In this document: piece after piece, positions 1 through 11,778 of the stretch | How the letters are laid out: every line of letters begins with the position of its first letter | How positions within the stretch are numbered: position 1 is the stretch's first letter | Assembly: GCA_963771305.1 (NCBI GenBank) | Contig: CAVYTS010000036.1 | Coordinates: forward strand, 423-64,422 | Direction: 5' to 3' | Source: an uncultured Acidobacteriaceae bacterium | GTDB taxonomy: Bacteria; Acidobacteriota; Terriglobia; Bryobacterales; Bryobacteraceae | Length of the DNA: 64,000 nt | Program-made: the position numbers and the translations under genes | The notes under the pieces: generated by a model | Told to the model about the DNA's origin: nothing | Seen by the model: only the letters and a program-made list of their open reading frames with translations | The model's database searches: none

Positions 1-1865
1 CAAGCGAATCATTGTCAATGGCGGCTATCATGACGCGGGTGATCTGACCGCGACGGGCAACACGGTCGACATCGTTTACGCGCTGCTGTCGCTGGCCGAC
101 CGCCTTCAGCAGCAAGGTCTCGACCCCGAGCTCTCAAAGCGTGTGATCGAGGAGTCCAAGTGGGGATTTGGCCTGGGTCCTGAAGACTCGCTTCGGCGAC
201 GGCTTTCGCACCACCGGCCAATTGATCAGTTACTGGACGAACGGAATCATGGGAGATGCGGACGATCGTTTCGGCAACGCGACTAACGACCCGGCGTGGA
301 ATTTGCGCGTGAGCGCTGCGGAAGCCCTGGCCGTCCGCGTTCTCAAAATCAGCGATCCCGAGTTGGCAGCCCGTAGCCTGTTAATTGCGGAAGACGACTG
401 GCGCTTCGCGATCGAAGGTCTTAAGACGGCCCAGCCGCTGAAGGCCGCCTACGGAGCGCCCGACGAGTTTGGAGCGCGCCAGCCTGGGCGCTATCGCTTC
501 CACCGATCTATACCGTGCCACGGCCAAGCAGATCTACCGCGACAAGGCTTTCGAGTTTGGAAGCATCGTGCTTGCCTCGCAGGAGCGCACGCTTCAACCA
601 TGGAACCCGGCCATTACCGGCTTCTTTTACACCGGTCCGGACAAACAACATATTTTCCATCGATTCCACAAGGGTGAGGAGCAGGCCCAGCTGGTGGCGC
701 TGGTGCATCTTTGCGAGACCTTCCCAAGCAATTCCCGGTGGATGGAGTGGTACTCGGCGCTGGTGCTCTATTCCGACTATTACGTGAAGAAGGTGGCGGC
801 GATGGATCAGCCTTTTGGAATGCTGCCAGCCGGCATCTATCAAGAAGGCGAGGAAGACTCTGTCAAAGGCGAAGAGGGATGGACGCCCTTGCGTGCGGCC
901 TATCGCGATCTGTTTCTGGCCCAGATCAAAGATGGGCGTTCCGCTCGGTGAGAAGGCTTACCTGCGGCGGTTTCCGGTGTGGTTCGATTTTCGAGGCAAC
1001 TTCAGCGTGCTGCTTTCGCAAGCGAAGGCGCTTTCGGCGGCCTGGCGCAGTTTCGCAATGATCTGGGCGTCCGCTGATTTGGCGCAGCAGCAGGCCGAAT
1101 GGGTTGCTGGACGGAATCCCTTCGCGGCCAGCACGATGTATGGCGAAGGTTATGACTGGGAGCCGCTGTATAGTGTCCGCTCGGGCCAGATTGTGGGAGC
1201 GCTGCCGGTAGGAATTGAGACGCGCGAGTTCAACGACACGCCCTATTGGCCCCACCAGATTTGCTGGACTTATAAAGAAGTGGGTCATCTCGTGGGTCGG
1301 TGGCTGTGGCTGATGCAGGATATAGCCGGGCCCGCCGTGGTTGATGGCCAGGCCGATCCGGCCAAACCCGGTGTTGTTCAATTCCGGCAGAACGCGACCG
1401 GCGAAGTGATTCGTGTTTCCGTTGATCCCGCGACGAGCAGTTTCCACGCAGTGCTTCGCAAGGTGAATACACCGTCAGCCAGGCCGATCAGTCGCAACCG
1501 CTGACGGCCTTACCCGCCGGCACATACCAACTGAACCTGCAGGCTGGACATCAGATGGCATTCTCGGCGACGGCGCAAGCGCCGGCAATGGGCAGATTGA
1601 GATTCATCTATCGGCAAACGGAAGCGGCCGCCACTCGTTTGAGCTGCGGGCCGAAAATCTCGAGATCGCCGGCCCGATCGACCAAACGCTCGACCTGGCC
1701 GCCGATCACCCGGCCTCATTGGTGTGGAAGGGCCGTGTGTCATCAGCCGCTACGCCTTGGGTTGCAGTAGTCGTGCCCGACGGAACTCTCACTCAAAAAT
1801 TGGATCTGAGCGGCCCCGGCTTAACGTCAAAATCCGCGTTCATCGGCGTGCATCCGCGGCCATAA
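1..1865 (+). pseudogene. Six-hairpin glycoside hydrolase, GH9-like; 5' end cut by the window edge and broken by at least five frame changes
   Basis: Frame 2 opens KRIIVNGGYHDAGD (GH9-type GGxxDAGD motif). Sense continues through ORFs 168-677, 469-951 and 815-1504, then an unlisted frame ending SAFIGVHPRP-TAA at 1863-1865. This only works by switching frame near 170, 475, 940, 1465 and 1585. Confidence 0.5.
1831..1865. repeat. Dispersed repeat type B, copy 1 (aatccgcgttcatcggcgtgcatccgcggccataa)
   Basis: About 35 nt, similar with several mismatches to 19348-19382 (aatccgcgtttatcggcgttgatcagcggccatag). Here it supplies the last codons and the stop of the GH9-like reading frame. Confidence 0.55.
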
Positions 1866-1892
1866 GCTGGATTGTCGATAAACTGAACCCAG

Positions 1893-3035
1893 ATGTGTAA
1901 GTATTTTCTACTTCTCATTGTCTGTACGGCCGCTCTTGCCCAGCCCGTTCACCCGACCCTAGCCCTGGGCTCGCCGGCTCCGGATTTCGCCCTCCCTGGC
2001 GCCGATGGCGCGACTCACAAGTTGGCCGATTATTCCGCCAGGAAGGTACTCGTGGTCATCTTTACATGCAATCACTGCCCCATCGCTCAGATGTACGAAG
2101 AGCGAATCAATCAGCTCTACGCCGGCTACCAAGCGAAGAGCGTAGCCGTGGTCGCCATTCAGGGCAATGACCCCAAGGCGATTCGCGTGGACGAGCTGGA
2201 CTCCTCCGATATCAGCGACACCCTCGCGGAAATGAAGATCCGTGTCCAGTTTCACCATCTCAAATATCCGTATCTATACGACGGCGAGACGCAGGCCGTG
2301 GCTGAGGCCTACGGACCAAAGGCAACACCGCATGTGTTTGTTTTCGATCAGCAGCGAATCTGCGCTATGAGGGTCGCTTCGACAGCAGCTATCGCAAAGA
2401 GTTGGTGAAGACCATCGAGGTGCGCGAGGCGATTGAAGCGTTACTCGCGGACAAGCCGGTAACGGTCGCACATACCGGCGTGTTCGGTTGCTCCACAAAG
2501 TGGGAAGAAAAACACGCCAGCCAGTTGCTGGAGGCAAGCAAGATCGCCGCGGAACCGGTCTCGGTGGAGTCCGCAACAGACGAGGTCTTAAAAACCTTAC
2601 GAACGAATTCCACCGGCAAACTACTGCTGGTCAATTTCTGGGCAACCTGGTGCGGGCCGTGTGTGCACGAGTTTCCGGAAGTCAGACCACATATCGCATG
2701 TACCGCGGGCGCGATTTTGATTTTGTCTCCGTATCGGCGAACACGCCCGATGAGCAAAAAGGCATGCTGGCATTCCTTCAAAAGCAACACGCCTCGAATG
2801 GCAATTTGCTTTTCGCGTCCGATGATACGCCGGCCATGCAAAAAGCGTTCGACCCGAAATGGGAGTCGGGGGTGCCTTACACGGTCTTGATTGCGCCGGG
2901 CGGTAAGATCCTCGCCACTTACCAAGGAGATTTAAACATCCTCGACTACGGCGCCAGATCCTGGCATACCTCCCATCCGACTATGCAGGGTTCAATCGTT
3001 ATTGGGTTGAACTGTCAAAAGGCGACAAGCCATAA
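1893..3035 (+). pseudogene. Secreted two-domain thioredoxin-like / AhpC-TSA family thiol-disulfide oxidoreductase, three frame changes
   Basis: Signal peptide, then FTCNHCP and NFWATWCGPC redox motifs. Sense continues DQQ(R)NLRYEGRFDSSYRKELVKTIE after a shift near 2355, TTYRMYRGRDFDFVSVSAN after a shift near 2683, and RLRRQILAYLPSDYAGFNRYWVELSKGDKP-TAA after a shift near 2945. Confidence 0.7.
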
Positions 3036-3278
3036 CCAGCGCACCGTTCCCCTTGCAACTAACGGTCACGACCGCAACGTTTTGTTCGATCCCAACATTT
3101 CGGGCATCCGGCTTTCCCGCTGGTTACTGAGCAAGCGGATGCTAAACAAAGCCGCGACGGGTCACAGAGCGCTTGCCGGGAATCCGAGAACCCTTTGGTT
3201 CCGGCTGCGACAAGTCAGGGAGCGGAGGTGGTCAGTTGGCCTTCTGCCCTCCGAGCGCCAGCTAACCTTTGCGCGCCG

Positions 3279-4099
3279 CTAAGGTTTTTTCATGCCCGTA
3301 TGCAGCGCTGCGATTCCGCCACTCAGCAGTTCAAAGCGCGCCTCGCTAAAGCCGGCGCTGCTCATCATGTCTCGGAGTTGTTCCGCGCGTGGAAATCTCT
3401 GAATCGACGCCGGGAGATACTCGTATGCCTCCCGCGAACCGAGAACACGCCGCCGATGGCCGGCAATAACAGCTTCGAATAAAGCCCGTAGGAGGCCTTT
3501 ACAAACAGGCCTCGGGGATGAGAAAACTCCAGAATCGCCAACATGCCCCCAGGTTTCAGCACCCGGCGAAGTTCGTTGAGGCCCGCCTCGTAGTTGGCAA
3601 GATTACGGAAGCCGAACGCTATGGTCAGCAGATCCAGCGATTCATCCCTCAACGGTAACGTCAGTGCGTCACCCTCAAACACAAGGGAAGGCAAGTTCCG
3701 GCGTCCGATTTTTTCCCGCGCGGTGACCAGCATCGGATGACAAAAGTCCGCGCCCAGCACGGCGTTCTCGGTCGCTTGCTGTAACTCCAGAAGCACGTCG
3801 CCGGTGCCGCAGCACAAGTCCAGAAGCTTCGCCCCTGGCTTGTCCAGAATGGGCCGCACAGCTCGCAAGAGCCGCTTTCGCCACAGCCGGTCGACGTTAA
3901 ACGAGAGCACATGGTTGAGGAAGTCGTACTTGGGAGCGACATCCTCAAACATCGTCCGCACCCACTCCGAGGCCTGCTGCTCCGTGGTCGTGCCGGGTGG
4001 CTTGGTGCCCCACGATGTGTCGCGGGCGACACGCGCCGCGCCTTCTCCGAGCCGCCGGGCGGCGGATCGATCATCGGACCTCTTGCAAGGAGGCGACAA
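3279..4099 (-). CDS. ubiE: Demethylmenaquinone/ubiquinone methyltransferase UbiE/MenG; one frame change near the 3' end
   Basis: MFEDVAPKYDFLNHVLSF, SAM motif LLDLCCGTGD, LEFSHP. After about 3439 the conserved tail GSREAYEYLPASIQRFPRAEQLRDMMSSAGF...GMKKP is in another frame (CC where CCC is expected). The start codon is uncertain. Confidence 0.85.
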
Positions 4100-5210
4100 T
4101 CGCGCGGCGGATCAAATCCGGTTCGATTCCGGATACCACTGAAACCTCGCCAATATGCGTCGGCAGAACAAAGTGAAGCTTGCCCTGAAGCGTCTTCTTG
4201 TCCCCCGCCAGCCGGCCAAGCAAATGCTCCGGATCGAGGTCAATCGCAGACGGTAGTGGACCGTAGGCCTGAATCGTCTCGAGGATGGCAGCGGCTTCTT
4301 TGGTGGGGAGCATTCCTCGCAGCACCGCCAGATGGGTTGCGGCAAGCATGCCTCGCGCTACTGCTTCGCCATGTAGAAACCGCACGTAACCGGTCTCGGA
4401 TTCAATGGCGTGGCCGATGGTATGACCATAGTTCAGAATGCGCCGTAATCCGCTCTCACGCTCATCGGCGGACACAACCTCAGCTTTCACTCGAACGGCG
4501 CCGGCGATCAACGAGTCCACCAAAGCGGCGTTCATGGACAAGACCTCGCGCGGCCTGGTCGCCAATAAATCGAACATGCCGCGGTCGCGAATCACGCCGC
4601 ATTTGACGATCTCAAACAGCCCGGCGCGGAACTCCCGCTCCGGCAGCGTAGCCGTCAATTCAGGATCAATCAAGACCGCGAGCGGTTGATGAAAGCTGCC
4701 AAGGAGATTCTTGCCGTTGGCGAGATTGACGCCGGTCTTTCCGCCAACCGCCGCGTCCACCTGGGCCAGCAGCGTCGTGGGAACCTGCAAGACAGGGATC
4801 CCGCGCATGAAGATGGCGGCAAGAAAACCGCCCAGGTCGGTGACGATGCCGCCGCCAAATCCGATCACAATACTGGTGCGGTCGGCCCCTCGCTCCAACA
4901 TCTGATCCGCGAGACGTTCTACCTGTTCCAGACGTTTGTTCGCTTCGCCGCCGGGAAGAAACAGGATCTCCGGCTCGGCAAAACTGCCCGTCCGCTTCTG
5001 GAGCGACTTCGCAAGCTTCGCTCCGTGCAGCGCCCAGACATCCTCCGTCGTAACAACAAAAGCCCGGCCGGCTCCTGCCGGGATATGTTCAGCGACGCTC
5101 TCGATGACTCCGCGTTCTACCACGCAGAGGTAGGTATGTCCGGGCGTACGGACCTCAAAGGTCGGCATTTGATCCCGTTGTACCATGTGGGTATTACCGC
5201 CCCGGTTCAA
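4071..5210 (-). CDS. aroB: 3-dehydroquinate synthase
   Basis: GFGGGIVTDLGGFLAAIFMRGIPVLQVPTTLLAQVDAAVGGKTGVNL and HGHTIGHAIE motifs; intact 379-aa ORF. Confidence 0.95.
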   Translation of the reverse strand: MNRGGNTHMVQRDQMPTFEVRTPGHTYLCVVERGVIESVAEHIPAGAGRAFVVTTEDVWALHGAKLAKSLQKRTGSFAEPEILFLPGGEANKRLEQVERLADQMLERGADRTSIVIGFGGGIVTDLGGFLAAIFMRGIPVLQVPTTLLAQVDAAVGGKTGVNLANGKNLLGSFHQPLAVLIDPELTATLPEREFRAGLFEIVKCGVIRDRGMFDLLATRPREVLSMNAALVDSLIAGAVRVKAEVVSADERESGLRRILNYGHTIGHAIESETGYVRFLHGEAVARGMLAATHLAVLRGMLPTKEAAAILETIQAYGPLPSAIDLDPEHLLGRLAGDKKTLQGKLHFVLPTHIGEVSVVSGIEPDLIRRAIVASLQEVR

Positions 5211-5352
5211 GGTATCCTCACCAACTTATCCAGGTTGAGAAGTGCAGCACACGGCGCGTGGCTCGCGGCCCGGAGCAGGAAGCTGTTATTCATGGGCGTC
5301 GGGATCGACGCTTTGTTGCAGGGCGATCACCGTATTTACCGTTTTCCCCGAA

Positions 5353-6590
5353 ATGATGGTCAGGCGGCAATGCGCGTTCGCGCTGCTTCTGCTGGCTGCG
5401 AGCCCGCTTCATTCAACCGGACCTTGGGCTGCACTCTGGACCGCCCCCTGCATTCTCTTTGCCTCCATCCTGATTGCCTGGGGAGCGGAGTCCGCCCAGT
5501 TCTTTATTGCACAGGGCTTTGCGCTAGCCATTCTGGCCTGGCTCCAGACATTGCCGGAGTTCGCTGTGGAAGCCGTGCTCGCCTGGCACCAGCAGCGCGA
5601 CCTGTTGCTCGCCAATCTGACTGGTGCGCTCCGGCTTCTCACCGGAATCGGTTGGCCGATGATTTATCTAACTGCGGCCGTATTCCATCGCCGTCACAAA
5701 GGCCGCCCCTTAGGCGAATCCGGCTCGAGAGTCATCACAGCATTGAAGTTCTGGGCTTGGCGCTGCCTCTGATCTATGCCTTCGTGATCTGGTGCAAGGG
5801 AACCTTAAACCTGTTCGACACAGTTGTGCTGATTGCCATTTACGTTGCTTATCTCGTCCTCCTCACCAAGCTGCCGCCGGAGGGCCAGGAGGGAATTGAC
5901 GACCTGGAGGCGGTGCCTCGCGCCATCGCCAGCGCTCCGCGGGTGTGGCGCATTCTCGTGATCGTTGCCTGCTTCGTCCTTGGCGGTACGCTGATTTATT
6001 TCACGGCAGCGCCATTCCTCGGAAGTCTGATTGCCGTGGCGGGCGCTCTCGGTATCCCCAGTTTCATCGTGATTCAGTGGTTTGCGCCGCTCGTCTCCGA
6101 GTTTCCGGAATTCGCCTCCACGTTCTACTTCGCTCGCCAAGTCGATCAGGCGCCCGTCGCGATCATGAATATTGCCTCCAGCAACATCAACCAGTGGACT
6201 TTGCTCGTCGCCATGCTGCCGCTGGTGTTGTCTTTCGGCGCGGGCGCAGTATCCCAAATCACCTTCAATCCGCAGCAACAGGCAGAGCTGTTGTTGACGA
6301 TCGGGCAGAGCGCCTTGGCGTTCGCCTTCCTGCTGGATATGAAACTGGCATGGTGGGAGGCGGCGTTGTTGTTCGTTAGTTTTGTCGCCCAGTTTGCATT
6401 CGCACCCTTCACCTCTCAGCCCAACACGCTTGGTTTCATTGCAACCAGCATTCGACACTGGCTCACGATCGGATATTTCCTGTACAGCGGCGTGGTCGTG
6501 GTTCGAATGCTGGTTCTGCGGCGTCGGCCGCCCGCTCTGCAAGGCCTGATCGACACCTGGCGGCTGCGCGCACAACAGCATCCGGCATAG
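5353..6590 (+). CDS. Sodium/calcium exchanger (CaCA) family membrane protein; one frame change near 5700
   Basis: Multi-pass hydrophobic protein with two internal alpha-repeat-like regions (GAESAQFF..., IVIQWFAPLVSEFPEF). The N-terminal part is in frame 1 (ORF 5242-5772) and the remainder is in the 3' part of ORF 4686-6590. Confidence 0.65.
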
Positions 6591-6701
6591 CCGGTCTGGC
6601 AAGCCTGGTTTTGCTCCCGCTGCTGTCCACGCAGTCTGTTTGACACTCGTCAACTTCGAAGCGAGATCCAGCCACTGTGTTGAAATAAAGCAAGTAATCC
6701 A

Positions 6702-7241
6702 ATGAGTAAACGAATCCGTTCGACGACGATTCTCTGCGTACGGCGCAACGGGAAAGTTGTTCTGGCCGGCGATGGCCAGGTCACCATGGGTGGCGAGGTG
6801 TTGAAGAGTGGCGCCAAGAAGCTTCGCCCGCTCTACAACGGCAAGATCATTTCCGGCTTTGCCGGGTCCACCGCCGACGCTTTTGCGCTCTTTGCCAGGT
6901 TTGAAGCCAAGCTGGAACAGTATGCGGGCAATCTGCCCCGCAGCGTCGTGGAGCTCGCTAAAGATTGGCGAACAGACCGCATGCTCCGCCATCTGGAAGC
7001 GCTCTTGCTGGTGGCCGATCTGCAAAACATTTACATCGTCAGCGGCACTGGCGATGTCATCGAGCCTGATACGCCGCTGGCGGCGATCGGCTCCGGAGGA
7101 TCTTTCGCCAAGTCCGCGGCTATTGCATTAATTGAAAACACCAACCTGAGCGCCCGCGAAATCGTCGAAAAATCCATGAAGATTGCTGCGGATGTCTGCA
7201 TTTACACCAATGAGAACATCACGTTTGAGGAATTGGGCTAA
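6702..7241 (+). CDS. hslV: ATP-dependent protease subunit HslV
   Basis: N-terminal [21 protein letters not shown] and GSGG motifs; stop overlaps the hslU start. Confidence 0.97.
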   Translation: MSKRIRSTTILCVRRNGKVVLAGDGQVTMGGEVLKSGAKKLRPLYNGKIISGFAGSTADAFALFARFEAKLEQYAGNLPRSVVELAKDWRTDRMLRHLEALLLVADLQNIYIVSGTGDVIEPDTPLAAIGSGGSFAKSAAIALIENTNLSAREIVEKSMKIAADVCIYTNENITFEELG

Positions 7242-8599
7242 TGGTTATTCACCTACCCCAATCGTCCTCCGACGAAGCTCCGCTGCTGGATGAGCTGACT
7301 CCCCGCGAGATTGTCGCCGAACTCGACCGGCACGTCGTGGGGCAGGCCGACGCCAAGCGGTCGGTCGCCATTGCGCTTCGGAATCGCGTGCGGCGCCAAA
7401 AGCTCGAGCCTGATATGGCCGAAGAGGTGATGCCCAAGAACATCTTGATGATTGGGCCCACCGGTGTCGGAAAGACTGAGATTGCCCGCCGCCTCGCCAA
7501 GCTCTCGAATTCCCCGTTTCTGAAAGTGGAAGCCAGCAAGTTCACTGAGGTCGGCTATGTGGGTCGCGACGTGGAGTCGTTGATCCGCGACTTGGTCGAT
7601 ATCGCCATCGACATGGTGCGCGAGGAGCGTCTTGACCAGGTGGCGGATCGCGCCGAAACAAACGCCGAAGAGCGGCTGCTGGATTTGCTGATTCCGCCGG
7701 CGCCCGAGGGCAGCGACAGTCAGGAGCGCACCCGCGAGAAGCTCCGTGAAAAACTGCGCGCCGGAAAGCTGGACGACCGCACCGTCGAGGTCGACGTTAA
7801 GGAACGCGGCCCTACGTTTGAGGTCTCCACCAACGGCAACATCGAGGAGATGGACATCAACCTGAAGGATGTCATCCCGGGCCTGTTCGGCGGTCGCACC
7901 CGAAAACGCAACATGCGCGTTTCAGAAGCCCTGGAGTATCTGATTCAGGAAGAAGAGCACAAGCTGATCGACATGGATCAGGTCACGCGCATCGCGCTGG
8001 AGCGTGTGGAGCGCAACGGCATTGTCTTCCTCGACGAGATCGACAAAATTGCCGGCCGCGAGGGTGGTCATGGGCCGGATGTCAGCCGCGAAGGTGTGCA
8101 GCGCGACATCCTGCCGATTGTCGAAGGAACCACCGTCAACACGCGCTACGGCTTCGTACGTACCGACCACATTCTTTTCATCGCCGCCGGAGCCTTTCAC
8201 GTATCGAAGCCCAGCGATCTGATCCCTGAATTGCAGGGCCGCTTCCCCATTCGCGTCGAATTGAAGTCGCTCACGGAAGAAGACTTCATTCGAATTCTCA
8301 AGGAGCCGAAGTCGGCGCTGGTAAAGCAATATGCGGCGCTGCTCGAAACGGAGGGCATCCGGCTCACGTTTACGGACGACGCCCTGATTGAAGTGGCCCG
8401 GATTGCCGCCCAGGTCAATACGTCAATGGAAAACATCGGCGCACGCCGTTTGCATACCATCATGGAGAAACTGCTGGAAGACATCTCCTTCGATGGCCCC
8501 GACCTCAAAAAGAAGAACATTCGAATTGACGCGATCTACGTGCGCAAGCAGCTCTCCGAGATTGTTAAGGACCAGGATCTGAGCAGGTATATTCTGTAA
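7241..8599 (+). CDS. hslU: ATP-dependent protease ATPase subunit HslU
   Basis: Walker [25 protein letters not shown]-terminal DLSRYIL; intact 452 aa. Confidence 0.97.
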   Translation: MVIHLPQSSSDEAPLLDELTPREIVAELDRHVVGQADAKRSVAIALRNRVRRQKLEPDMAEEVMPKNILMIGPTGVGKTEIARRLAKLSNSPFLKVEASKFTEVGYVGRDVESLIRDLVDIAIDMVREERLDQVADRAETNAEERLLDLLIPPAPEGSDSQERTREKLREKLRAGKLDDRTVEVDVKERGPTFEVSTNGNIEEMDINLKDVIPGLFGGRTRKRNMRVSEALEYLIQEEEHKLIDMDQVTRIALERVERNGIVFLDEIDKIAGREGGHGPDVSREGVQRDILPIVEGTTVNTRYGFVRTDHILFIAAGAFHVSKPSDLIPELQGRFPIRVELKSLTEEDFIRILKEPKSALVKQYAALLETEGIRLTFTDDALIEVARIAAQVNTSMENIGARRLHTIMEKLLEDISFDGPDLKKKNIRIDAIYVRKQLSEIVKDQDLSRYIL

Positions 8600-9618
8600 T
8601 GCGTTGCCGGTGGACAACCGCAACGCTTTTCTGGCCGTTGTTCTCCGTCGCCATTGCACTGTCCGCTATCTCTTGCGGATACATCGGCGATACCATGCCG
8701 CCTGCCCGCCGCATCCCAAGGGACATTGCGGATCTGACGGCAGTCCAGCGAGGCGACAAGATATTCTTGCAATTCACTCTCCCGAAATCAACCACGGAAG
8801 GGGACCTGATTGCCAAGTTTGAGGCGGTCCAGGTTGAGATCGGCCCCGATGTAACGCCGTTTTCGACAGACGCTTGGTTTGCGAATATGAAGCCGATCGA
8901 GATCGATGTGTCGGGAGACGATCAAACCAGCGCCATTTCCCATCAGATCGAGGCCGGTCCGTACGTTGGCCAGCAGATCGCGATTGCCATCCGCACTTCG
9001 GCGCGACGGGACCGCTGGTCGCCTTTTTCGAATTTTGTCCATCTCCAGATCGTGCTGCCTCTGGACCCTCCGAAGATCGAGGTTACCGCCACGGGCCGGG
9101 GCTACCTCGTTTCGTGGACTCCGCAACGGGATCATTTGAAGTGGCGCATCTACCGCCGCGCGACTGCATCCCAAACGGCGCCGGTCCTGCTCGGAACGGC
9201 CGACGCTCCGCCATATCTTGACCAGACCGCTCAGTTTGAGACCGACTACGAATACTCCGTGGTGGCGATCGAGGAAACTCCTGTCTCGATCGCTGAGAGC
9301 GAGCCGTCTCCCGCGTTTCACGTCAACGAGAAAGATACGTTTCCACCCGCCGTGCCCGCCAGCATTACGGTCTTGGCCGGCTCCAGTTCGCTGGAAGTCA
9401 CTTGGGAGCGCAGTCCCGACGCCGATTTGAAGGGCTACTATGTTTATCGCTCTGTCGATAACGGGCCGTTTCAGCGCATCGGTGATCTCCAGACAACCCC
9501 CGCCTATAGCGACCATGACATCAAGCCGGGTGTGCACTACCGGTACGCCGTGAGCGCAGTCGACCTGAAGAACAATGAGAGCGAACGATCGTCCGTTGCG
9601 GAGATTACTGCCCCATAG
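8599..9618 (+). CDS. Lipoprotein with two fibronectin type III-like domains
   Basis: Lipobox-like LSAISCG. Two FN3-like segments (LVSWTPQ...YEYSVVAIE and LEVTWERSPDADLKGYYVYRS...YRYAVSAVD). Confidence 0.7.
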   Translation: MRCRWTTATLFWPLFSVAIALSAISCGYIGDTMPPARRIPRDIADLTAVQRGDKIFLQFTLPKSTTEGDLIAKFEAVQVEIGPDVTPFSTDAWFANMKPIEIDVSGDDQTSAISHQIEAGPYVGQQIAIAIRTSARRDRWSPFSNFVHLQIVLPLDPPKIEVTATGRGYLVSWTPQRDHLKWRIYRRATASQTAPVLLGTADAPPYLDQTAQFETDYEYSVVAIEETPVSIAESEPSPAFHVNEKDTFPPAVPASITVLAGSSSLEVTWERSPDADLKGYYVYRSVDNGPFQRIGDLQTTPAYSDHDIKPGVHYRYAVSAVDLKNNESERSSVAEITAP

Positions 9619-9858
9619 GGGCGACCGCGCTCGTCATCAACCGGATACGGAATCAAGTTGCCTTCGCCGAGCGAGGGTGTCACCCATATGCGCTCATGGG
9701 TTGTTACCCCACGCTTTGCTACCATCGTCGTAACAAACCTTTGAAGAATCCTTCGCATCCCGTGGCTCGCCGCGGCAGAAATCTCCCTGGAAAGCGCGCC
9801 CTTGTTCCCTGCCGGCCACTGCCGGATAGGCATCGTCTGGAAGCAATGGTCTGTCACT

Positions 9859-10272
9859 ATGGCTCTCGGGCTTTTTGACGCGTTCCTCGACCGGAACATC
9901 CAGATCGGCATTGCAACAGCAATTGTTGTTGGTGTTGCTGCTGTGTTCGTCGCGCTTCGAATCAGGCGGCGGAAGTCTCCCGAGGAGCTGGAAAGATTGC
10001 GCCGGCAATTCGTCAGTCGGACCGGGCGAGTAGCTGACGGCATCGTGCAGGAACTTCACGAGAACACGGTTTTTTACACTTACAAAGTTCGCGGGATCGA
10101 GTACGACGCAGCACAGGAAATCGGTCAACTCCGGCATCTTCTTCCCGCCGAGGAGCACAGGCTGATTGGTGCAGTGAATCTGAAATACATTCCGGAGAAC
10201 CCCGCCAACTCGATCGTCATCGCCGAGCAATGGTGTGGCCTGCGGGTTTCGCCGCCTCTGCCGGTTGAGTAG
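9859..10272 (+). CDS. Hypothetical single-pass membrane protein
   Basis: MALGLF... with one TM helix (IGIATAIVVGVAAVFVAL) followed by a soluble domain. I recognise no family with confidence. Confidence 0.5.
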   Translation: MALGLFDAFLDRNIQIGIATAIVVGVAAVFVALRIRRRKSPEELERLRRQFVSRTGRVADGIVQELHENTVFYTYKVRGIEYDAAQEIGQLRHLLPAEEHRLIGAVNLKYIPENPANSIVIAEQWCGLRVSPPLPVE

Positions 10273-10440
10273 TCCACCGTCGCCAGTATTACTAAGTCTT
10301 TGTTTTTTTGCGCGGAGCAACGAATATTTGAGATACGAGGCGCAGCCGGTCGTAGGGCGACCGGCGCGGACGTAGGCGTCCAGCCCCACGCTGTGTGACA
10401 ATCGCAGACGGCCCTGTCTGCCACGAACCGGGAGGTCTCT

Positions 10441-10869
10441 ATGAAGAAACTTGACACGAAACTCGCCATACCGTTTGCCGCGTTGCTTCTCGCCGCGGGC
10501 TTCGTTGCCCAACATAGCGGGCGGTTGCTGCCCGTCGTACATGCGTCCAATGCCGGCGCCGGAAACGTTTCGCTTCCTTCGACGGTGATTCACGTCATCA
10601 CGATCCAGTGGAAGGATGGCGTCACTGCCGATCAAAAGGCATCTGTTTTCAAAGCCACCGAAGAGATGGCTCGAAATTACAACGGAATTAAGAGCCTTTG
10701 GATGAAGCCCCTGAAAGTGCAAGGCACCGGCTACACGGATGCCATCGTGATGGAGTTCGAAAGTAAGGCTGCATTTGATGCTTACGCCGACAGCCCTGCT
10801 CACAAGCAGTGGGAGAAGGTGTATCTGCCTCTACGCGGGGAGAGCCGTACCCACGACGTAACAAACTGA
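10441..10869 (+). CDS. Secreted stress-responsive alpha/beta-barrel (Dabb) domain protein
   Basis: Signal peptide, then VIHVITIQWKDGVT...FESKAAFDAYADSPAHKQW, typical of Dabb domains. Confidence 0.75.
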   Translation: MKKLDTKLAIPFAALLLAAGFVAQHSGRLLPVVHASNAGAGNVSLPSTVIHVITIQWKDGVTADQKASVFKATEEMARNYNGIKSLWMKPLKVQGTGYTDAIVMEFESKAAFDAYADSPAHKQWEKVYLPLRGESRTHDVTN

Positions 10870-10889
10870 GTCCGGCCCGGCATCGCTAA

Positions 10890-10925
10890 ACTCCAACACA
10901 GAACCGCGCGCGTCAGCAAGCGGAT
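10890..10925. repeat. Dispersed REP-like repeat type A, copy 1
   Basis: actccaacacagaaccgcgcgcgtcagcaagcggat matches 19241-19276 at 35 of 36 nt. The core ccgcgcgcgtcagcaagcgg also occurs at 28686-28705. Confidence 0.75.
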
Positions 10926-10950
10926 ACCTTGAAGACCCGGGCCAACTGAA

Positions 10951-10972
10951 AAGGCAGGCCGAAGCCTGCCTT
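10951..10972 (-). terminator. Intrinsic terminator-like hairpin between convergent Dabb gene and rplI
   Basis: Perfect 9-bp stem aaggcaggc/gcctgcctt with a cgaa loop. Read on the minus strand it runs into a short T tract (the trailing T residues are partly stem bases). Confidence 0.6.
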
Positions 10973-11008
10973 GTAAAGCGCGAATTGTGATTGTCGCGGG
11001 TTGAGAGG

Positions 11009-11455
11009 CTAATCCTCTTTTTCAACCACGACTGCGATTTCAGTGGACACTTCGCGATGCAGCCGAAGCGTTACCTTATGGTCGCCGAGCGTCTTGATGG
11101 GTTCTTCAAGGATCACCTTGCGGCGATCAATCGTGAATTTCTGCTTGTCCAGTGCTTCCACGATATCCTTCGCGGTCACTGAGCCGAACAGCTGGTCGTT
11201 TTCACCAACGCGATGCTTGAATGTGAGCGTGGTCCCGGCAAGCAGCTTGGCCAAGTCCTCGGCATCGGCTTTCACCTTCGCCTCGCGCCGTAAATAGGCT
11301 TCGCGCTCCTGCTCGACAATCTTCTTGTTCGATTCGGTTGCGGGAACCGCGAGCTTCCGGGGAAGCAGGAAGTTGCGGGCGTACCCGTCTGCCACCTTAA
11401 CGATTGAGCCACGGTGGCCCAGTTTCTCTACGTCTTCTCTAAGGATCACTTGCAT
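11009..11455 (-). CDS. rplI: 50S ribosomal protein L9
   Basis: MQVILREDVEKLGHRGSIVKVADGYARNFLLP; ATG at 11455 inside the longer ORF 11009-11665. Confidence 0.95.
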   Translation of the reverse strand: MQVILREDVEKLGHRGSIVKVADGYARNFLLPRKLAVPATESNKKIVEQEREAYLRREAKVKADAEDLAKLLAGTTLTFKHRVGENDQLFGSVTAKDIVEALDKQKFTIDRRKVILEEPIKTLGDHKVTLRLHREVSTEIAVVVEKED

Positions 11456-11469
11456 ATCGTTCTGCCTCC

Positions 11470-11772
11470 TTACATCCTGGACGCGAACGGAATCAGGGCG
11501 ATGTTCCGCGCCTGCTTGATCGCTTCGCTTAAACGTTTCTGGTGGGGCGTGCATACGCCGGAGATGCGGCGAGGAGTAATCTTGCCGCGCTCCGAGACGA
11601 AGCTCGAAAGCATTCGCACGTCTTTGTAATTGATGTCGTCGATTTTCTCGACGCAGAACCGGCAAACCTTCTTGCGCCGGAAATACTGTTTCTTGCCGGT
11701 TGCAATCGCTTTGTCACCACCGGTCGGACGCTGTGAGGCCGCGATCGGGCGGCCGCCTCTTTGCTCTGCCAT
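11470..11772 (-). CDS. rpsR: 30S ribosomal protein S18
   Basis: [11 protein letters not shown]...[26 protein letters not shown]; GGAG-type RBS upstream. Confidence 0.95.
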   Translation of the reverse strand: MAEQRGGRPIAASQRPTGGDKAIATGKKQYFRRKKVCRFCVEKIDDINYKDVRMLSSFVSERGKITPRRISGVCTPHQKRLSEAIKQARNIALIPFASRM

Positions 11773-11778
11773 ATATTT

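Noticed and set aside
4686-5350. 5' two-thirds of the 634-aa ORF 4686-6590
   Set aside because: This part is antisense to aroB and reads as low-complexity Arg/Ala sequence. Only the 3' part (after about 5700) belongs to the CaCA membrane protein.
6640-6701. Heat-shock (sigma-32 type) promoter upstream of hslVU
   Set aside because: GTTGAAA is present, but the would-be -10 element overlaps the start codon and does not match CCCCATNT. This is not supportable from sequence alone.
5805-7025. 406-aa minus-strand ORF
   Set aside because: It is antisense to the CaCA gene and hslV, has no motifs, and has the biased composition of a shadow ORF.
9694-10803. 369-aa minus-strand ORF
   Set aside because: It overlaps two plus-strand genes with clear signal peptide or TM features and a recognisable Dabb domain. 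Its own sequence has no domain-like features.
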